A stretch of DNA of 64,000 nt from Callorhinchus milii (Eukaryota): the NCBI RefSeq assembly GCF_018977255.1, contig NW_024704743.1, positions 930,001 to 994,000 of the forward strand, written 5' to 3'. Positions 61,701 through 64,000 of this stretch are shown here, one piece after another. The notes beneath the pieces are model-generated. The model was not told the origin of the DNA. It worked only from the letters and a program-made list of their open reading frames with translations, and made no database searches. A program made the translations under genes and the position numbers. Every line of letters begins with the position of its first letter. The stretch's first letter is position 1.

Positions 61701-63406
61701 GCGCTTTCTCACGTCAGGAGGAAGCCCCGAGACTAAAGCGCTGCAAACGAGAACCCGAGTGAAGGGCGCTGTATAAACACAAATTGTTGTCGTTGTTCCA
61801 AAGGTGCTGGATAGTCAGGGATTTGGATCCGAGCTGGGTGTTGGGATCAGGAGGGGTGGAGGACAGGGCAGGCTGGATAAATGGTACCCAAAGCTAGTTT
61901 AGCTTGTGCAAAATAACTTTCCCTTGAAAGCTGGCGGTTACTTGCCTTCCGCAACATCGAGACGAGCGGTGCAGATGGACTGTCCGGCCTTGTTTGTAGC
62001 AATACAGGTGTAGGTACCAGAGTATTCCTTCCCCACATCCAGGAGGATCAGACTGTGCTGCATGTTTGAACTGGCTAATTTATAGCCAGGCGTGTCTTGC
62101 TTGATCCAGATAACATCTTCCACAGACTCCTCTTTAAGCCAGGTTATGTCTGGAGCAGGAGATCCTGCAGATTTAATAATAATAAAATTAATAATAATAA
62201 TCCTTGCATTTGATCACGTCACTCAGATGTCTCAAAGCGCTTCACAGAATACATTGTAAAGTGAATTCACTTCGTATTTTGAGAGCAAAACATGAAAGCC
62301 AATTGCATGTAGCAGTGTGCCACAAACAGCCATGGATTGAGTGACTAATTTTGGGGGGAAGGATTAAGACCGCAGGAAAGCGATCCACTCACCAACTAAC
62401 AGCCGGGTTCCTACTTACCGCTGGATAAATAATGCAGTGGTCAGATGAAGGAGGCCTTTGGCCCATCTGATCTCATCCATATCGGAACACCCATCCTACT
62501 TGGCAACCCGTTCCAGTTAATTACCTTCTGAAAAACATCCCGGTGTCTGTCCTCAAATTGTCCTTTTGCGATATATGTCTTCTTGTCCTACTGCCTTGGT
62601 GCACCCTTATTAGTATTATTCTGGTTTTACTTTTCCAATCCCATTTAAGGTCCTCTCTGAAAGGGACGACTTCTCTCAAGACCTGAAGAGTCTTAACTTG
62701 TCTGATAGTTGCTCCAGCCAAGTACTCGCTGGTTAACCAGAAGTAGGAATACTGGCTGCCTCAGTTAACTCAGCATTGACCAAGGATCAAATACAGGACC
62801 TTCTCAGTCTATATGGCTCAGCCATGCACTGGACAAACAACAGTTGCACTTTTAGAACACATCTACTGCGCTGGATGACTACCTTTACAGTTACTAATGG
62901 ATGCAAGACCCATCATACCTTCAACCTTGACCGTCAGTGTAATACTCGCTCCCTTCTTGACACGCTTGTTTGTGAACCGTTCCAGAAATCTCGGCGGCAC
63001 TAAGTTTTCTGTCGCTGCTAAGCAAAAGAGATGGCGTTAGACGATAAAGTGCTATCGGCAAAACTAACTGCCTGGATATTCCAGCTTGTGAGCAAGTGAT
63101 CCGGCGTTCAATATAGCACCTACCATGTCAAAAGAACTCCCAGCACTTCACAGTAGTTGTCAAGTGCAGGAAAAGCGATCCGCCAATTGACTAACAAGCA
63201 GGTTCCTTACCTACCCCGAGGTAAATAGAATAGATCTGGAATCGTAGAATTTCTTAACAATTCTACGATTCCAGATGAACAATGATCTTAAACGGCCATA
63301 ACATTTTCAGGCCTAAGGTTCCATAAGATATACTGTTTCAAGCTGGGAGCAGCTGTAAATTTACCTTTGGTTTCAGGCTCCCGCTTCTCAAACTCTTCTC
63401 CTGGGG
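9685..63406 (-). CDS. OBSCN: Obscurin 3' portion (gene continues beyond the window end): Ig, SH3, DH/RhoGEF, PH, 2 Ig, then alternative A (ankyrin-binding) or B (tandem kinase) C-termini
   Basis: About 49 exons traced. Diagnostic peptides: [79 protein letters not shown]. Confidence 0.96.
10655..10804 (-). CDS. OBSCN: OBSCN kinase 2 exon (subdomains IX-XI)
   Basis: [51 protein letters not shown], phase 2-2. Confidence 0.92.
11184..11258 (-). CDS. OBSCN: OBSCN kinase 2 exon (APE...TDIWAVGV), with apparent 1-nt deletion
   Basis: APEILDCK / [17 protein letters not shown] in two frames; 75 nt where the flanking phases require 76. Confidence 0.88.
12314..12537 (-). CDS. OBSCN: OBSCN kinase 2 exon (catalytic loop, DFG)
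   Basis: [29 protein letters not shown]. Confidence 0.95.
12620..12860 (+). mobile_element. tRNA-derived SINE 5' half (internally deleted)
   Basis: GGAGTCCTGTAGCTCAGGGGTTAGAGCAC...GGTTTGATTCCC A/B boxes followed by SINE body. Confidence 0.75.
13117..13194. repeat. AT-rich low-complexity tract
   Basis: Almost exclusively A/T (ataatt/tatat units). Confidence 0.8.
13201..13440 (-). CDS. OBSCN: OBSCN kinase 2 N-lobe exon
   Basis: [23 protein letters not shown]...[11 protein letters not shown]...LVLIQELC. Confidence 0.95.
13810..13888 (-). CDS. OBSCN: OBSCN exon entering kinase 2
   Basis: [27 protein letters not shown]; phase 1-2. Confidence 0.85.
14160..14321 (-). CDS. OBSCN: OBSCN FnIII domain, 2nd exon
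   Basis: [45 protein letters not shown]. Confidence 0.9.
14549..14671 (-). CDS. OBSCN: OBSCN FnIII domain, 1st exon
   Basis: [40 protein letters not shown]. Confidence 0.9.
15106..15273 (-). CDS. OBSCN: OBSCN inter-kinase Ig domain, 2nd exon
   Basis: [29 protein letters not shown]. Confidence 0.92.
15818..15928 (-). CDS. OBSCN: OBSCN inter-kinase Ig domain, 1st exon
   Basis: [37 protein letters not shown]. Confidence 0.92.
16367..16486 (-). CDS. OBSCN: OBSCN linker exon
   Basis: [39 protein letters not shown]; phase 1-1. Confidence 0.8.
16928..19448 (-). CDS. OBSCN: OBSCN giant 2521-nt inter-kinase linker exon (Ser-rich, disordered)
   Basis: Lies within the 852-aa ORF. Starts [19 protein letters not shown] (conserved post-kinase-1 segment) and includes [13 protein letters not shown] and SGLRQPLLE. 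Confidence 0.88.
20599..20676 (-). CDS. OBSCN: OBSCN post-kinase-1 regulatory tail exon
   Basis: [26 protein letters not shown]. Confidence 0.9.
21306..21351 (-). CDS. OBSCN: OBSCN kinase 1 last exon
   Basis: [15 protein letters not shown]. Confidence 0.9.
21513..21665 (-). CDS. OBSCN: OBSCN kinase 1 exon
   Basis: [26 protein letters not shown]...SEDARDFV. Confidence 0.93.
22368..22394 (-). CDS. OBSCN: OBSCN kinase 1 micro-exon (27 nt)
   Basis: [10 protein letters not shown]; aacag|...|gtaagt, phase 2-2. Confidence 0.88.
22743..22909 (-). CDS. OBSCN: OBSCN kinase 1 exon (DFG-APE)
   Basis: [56 protein letters not shown]. Confidence 0.95.
23407..23484 (-). CDS. OBSCN: OBSCN kinase 1 exon (catalytic loop)
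   Basis: [26 protein letters not shown]. Confidence 0.95.
23858..23918 (-). CDS. OBSCN: OBSCN kinase 1 exon
   Basis: [20 protein letters not shown]. Confidence 0.88.
24020..24320 (-). mobile_element. tRNA-derived SINE copy
   Basis: Same family; approximate limits. Confidence 0.7.
24822..25022 (-). CDS. OBSCN: OBSCN kinase 1 N-lobe exon
   Basis: [24 protein letters not shown]...[17 protein letters not shown]; donor GTATCCTT. Confidence 0.93.
26232..26322 (-). CDS. OBSCN: OBSCN exon entering kinase 1
   Basis: [31 protein letters not shown]. Confidence 0.93.
27197..27574 (-). mobile_element. Near full-length tRNA-derived SINE (tRNA-Ala-like head, LINE-like 3' tail ending in (ATT)n)
   Basis: Head has B box GGTTCGATTCC. 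The tail gtgaagcgctttgagacg...gataaggcgctatatcaaatgcaaggattatt recurs dozens of times in the window. Confidence 0.8.
27753..27940 (-). CDS. OBSCN: Predicted OBSCN-B linker exon 6 (contains L2-derived KTLLFDPAF)
   Basis: taccag|...GAAG|gtaaac; open frame, phase 2-1, joins exon 26322. Confidence 0.6.
28394..28517 (-). CDS. OBSCN: Predicted OBSCN-B linker exon 5
   Basis: ttgcag|...CG|gtatgt; [41 protein letters not shown], phase 1-2. Confidence 0.6.
28528..28950 (-). mobile_element. CR1-clade LINE 3' end with (TTCTTATG)n tail
   Basis: RGHSLKIKG...[23 protein letters not shown] remnant; ggccgaatggccgactcctgctcctaattcttatgttcttatg. Confidence 0.75.
29270..29695 (+). mobile_element. Deu-domain SINE (SacSINE1-like)
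   Basis: agacgttaaaaccgag...caggtggacattaaagattcccagggcact...ggagtttctccc core typical of DeuSINEs. Other copies near 10400-10650, 19500-20155, 33770-34200, 45265-45630, 54335-54520. Confidence 0.7.
29703..29824 (-). CDS. OBSCN: Predicted OBSCN-B linker exon 4
   Basis: ttcccag|...CAG|gtaata; [40 protein letters not shown], phase 2-1. Confidence 0.6.
30495..30830 (-). mobile_element. tRNA-derived SINE copy
   Basis: Same family; approximate limits. Confidence 0.7.
31126..31255 (-). CDS. OBSCN: Predicted OBSCN-B linker exon 3
   Basis: cacag|...AAG|gtgact; [42 protein letters not shown], phase 1-2. Confidence 0.6.
32468..32915 (-). CDS. OBSCN: Predicted OBSCN-B linker exon 2 (acidic; apparent 1-nt deletion near 32612-32616)
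   Basis: cacag|...|gtaagt; [28 protein letters not shown]... then frame switch to [16 protein letters not shown]...TRPLK. Confidence 0.55.
33276..33372 (-). CDS. OBSCN: Predicted first OBSCN-B-specific exon
   Basis: aacag|...GA|gtgagt; [33 protein letters not shown]; phase-1 start matches donor at 47475. Confidence 0.6.
34890..35670. repeat. Longest copy of an unclassified interspersed repeat (interrupted by a SINE fragment)
   Basis: Core ctccagcagttacccc...ggggtccccaagccttggc...taatactttccggaattaggtaag...cattccattccaac...gtgtcagacacccggctgaccc recurs in more than 10 copies in both orientations. Confidence 0.7.
38336..38396. repeat. (CT)n/(CCCT)n microsatellite in the obscurin-A 3' UTR
   Basis: Direct reading. 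Confidence 0.85.
38461..40036 (-). CDS. OBSCN: Obscurin-A alternative terminal exon (non-modular, ankyrin-binding C-terminus)
   Basis: [11 protein letters not shown]...WVEVEEVIE...DPNSNNSNN...[20 protein letters not shown]...[20 protein letters not shown]...GESVTLHI*. Confidence 0.93.
41670..41712 (-). CDS. OBSCN: Obscurin-A-specific 43-nt exon
   Basis: [15 protein letters not shown]; ttatag|...|gtaagt, phase 1-2. Confidence 0.9.
44600..44609. promoter_or_regulatory. Consensus MEF2 site CTATAAATAG
   Basis: Exact match to CTA(A/T)4TAG in an intron of a muscle gene; function untested. Confidence 0.4.
45265..45630 (+). mobile_element. Deu-domain SINE (SacSINE1-like)
   Basis: tRNA-like head plus gagacgttaaaccgaggcccc...gatcccatgg core. 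Confidence 0.7.
46723..46753. repeat. (TA)n microsatellite
   Basis: Direct reading. Confidence 0.85.
47475..47580 (-). CDS. OBSCN: OBSCN last exon shared by A and B (end of Ig domain)
   Basis: [35 protein letters not shown]. Confidence 0.9.
48526..48655 (-). CDS. OBSCN: OBSCN Ig exon
   Basis: [17 protein letters not shown]...[18 protein letters not shown]. Confidence 0.92.
49695..49797 (-). CDS. OBSCN: OBSCN Ig exon
   Basis: [35 protein letters not shown]. Confidence 0.92.
49970..50285 (-). mobile_element. CR1-clade LINE 3' fragment
   Basis: ORF remnant [33 protein letters not shown]. Similar copies at 1-150, 32020-32400, 36690-36930, 47840-48110. Confidence 0.7.
50955..51122 (-). CDS. 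OBSCN: OBSCN Ig exon
   Basis: [56 protein letters not shown]. Confidence 0.95.
51435..51548 (-). CDS. OBSCN: OBSCN Ig exon
   Basis: [37 protein letters not shown]. Confidence 0.95.
52520..52697 (-). CDS. OBSCN: OBSCN PH domain, 2nd exon
   Basis: [44 protein letters not shown]. Confidence 0.95.
53153..53311 (-). CDS. OBSCN: OBSCN PH domain, 1st exon
   Basis: [38 protein letters not shown]. Confidence 0.95.
54910..55074 (-). CDS. OBSCN: OBSCN DH domain, last exon
   Basis: [32 protein letters not shown]...[16 protein letters not shown]. Confidence 0.95.
55555..55671 (-). CDS. OBSCN: OBSCN DH domain exon
   Basis: KYTEEVS...[20 protein letters not shown]. Confidence 0.92.
55888..56047 (-). 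CDS. OBSCN: OBSCN DH domain exon
   Basis: [41 protein letters not shown]. Confidence 0.95.
56672..56845 (-). CDS. OBSCN: OBSCN DH domain, first exon
   Basis: [20 protein letters not shown]...[14 protein letters not shown]. Confidence 0.93.
57541..57620 (-). CDS. OBSCN: OBSCN SH3-DH linker exon
   Basis: [26 protein letters not shown]. Confidence 0.9.
58000..58200 (-). CDS. OBSCN: OBSCN SH3 domain exon
   Basis: [11 protein letters not shown]...[45 protein letters not shown]. Confidence 0.96.
58360..58605 (-). mobile_element. L2-clade LINE 3' fragment
   Basis: [28 protein letters not shown] plus shared tail. Similar copies near 12060-12295, 19800-20010, 54530-54700, 56280-56530. Confidence 0.7.
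59288..59427 (-). CDS. OBSCN: OBSCN Ser-rich exon before SH3
   Basis: [46 protein letters not shown]. Confidence 0.93.
59729..59839 (-). CDS. OBSCN: OBSCN exon
   Basis: [30 protein letters not shown] (alternative acceptor at 59803 possible). Confidence 0.9.
60558..60592 (-). CDS. OBSCN: OBSCN 35-nt exon
   Basis: [11 protein letters not shown]; phase 2-1 fits neighbours. Confidence 0.7.
61232..61304 (-). CDS. OBSCN: OBSCN 73-nt exon
   Basis: [25 protein letters not shown]; phase 1-2. Confidence 0.75.
61946..62164 (-). CDS. OBSCN: OBSCN Ig exon (GC donor)
   Basis: [13 protein letters not shown]...[35 protein letters not shown]. Confidence 0.93.
62919..63017 (-). CDS. OBSCN: OBSCN Ig exon (NAGNAG acceptor)
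   Basis: [32 protein letters not shown]. Confidence 0.92.
63365..63406 (-). CDS. OBSCN: OBSCN 42-nt linker exon
   Basis: [13 protein letters not shown]; tttcag|...AAAG|gtaaat. Confidence 0.75.
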
Positions 63407-64000
63407 CTGAAATAGAATTGAAACACACAGAATGAACAGCTTCCTTGGGGAGCGCAGTGTCATCCATTGTAAGAGTGGAATGTAAGAGTGACTAACTGTC
63501 AACGAACAGGATCGGAGGCTCGAGTGCGATGTATCGCCTTCAGCCACAACTCCCCGAAGCTTCTGAACTCTCTCCCTCGATACCTCCACCTTGTTCCCTC
63601 CCTCCCCTCCCACATGACTGAAGACCTTCCTCTTCGACCGTGCGTATGGTCACCTTCGCCCTCCCCCTCTGCTCAGCGCCAGGCTCCGACACTGTTAAGC
63701 ACTCCGAGACGCCTGAAGCTCGCCATTTGACGTGAGTTGTTGTTGATGTTGTTGAGCTTCACCAGCGTGGCCCTCTCACCATAACTCCCTGTCCCAGTGG
63801 CTAGTCGGCCCTTCCAAGTCCTGCCCATGAGCCAGGCTGGCAGGACAGTCATCAGCAGCGCCCTTGGAGTACTGCGGACCTGCCTGGCTCAGGAACTGGA
63901 CTACCGAGTCCGCCACAGGAGAGTGGCCTCGATTCTAATATTCCATTGCTAAACATGCCACCTGGGAGCCGGTTCAATTCCAAGGTAAGCTTACCGCCAC

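Noticed and set aside
1..64000. Recurring short motifs that could mimic a CRISPR array or prokaryotic system
   Set aside because: They are irregularly spaced, diverged SINE/LINE tails in both orientations within vertebrate introns; no cas or other bacterial genes are present

Overview
This is eukaryotic (vertebrate) genomic DNA. The repeat content (SacSINE1/Deu-type SINEs, a tRNA-Ala-like SINE, L2 and CR1 LINE 3' ends) points to a cartilaginous fish; species identity is inference only. Two convergent multi-exon genes are present. (1) Guanylate kinase GUK1 lies on + (7 coding exons, 299-5455, 197 aa). (2) The 3' part of obscurin OBSCN lies on -, encoding Ig, SH3, RhoGEF DH-PH and two Ig domains, then either the obscurin-A ankyrin-binding terminal exons (41670-41712, 38461-40036) or the obscurin-B tandem kinase tail ending at 9685. 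All exons were traced by hand through splice sites and phase. Main observations: a phase-consistent six-exon, ~370-aa unrecognised linker (27753-33372) stands where mammalian obscurin-B has a linker plus an Ig domain, and it carries two RVxF PP1-docking-like motifs and an in-frame exonised L2 LINE peptide. Two single-base deletions in G-runs break the B-isoform frame and may be assembly errors. Kinase 1 has a U12-type intron. There is a candidate third terminal exon, and RBFOX motifs sit at the A/B isoform switch. No prokaryote-type systems (CRISPR etc.) are present.
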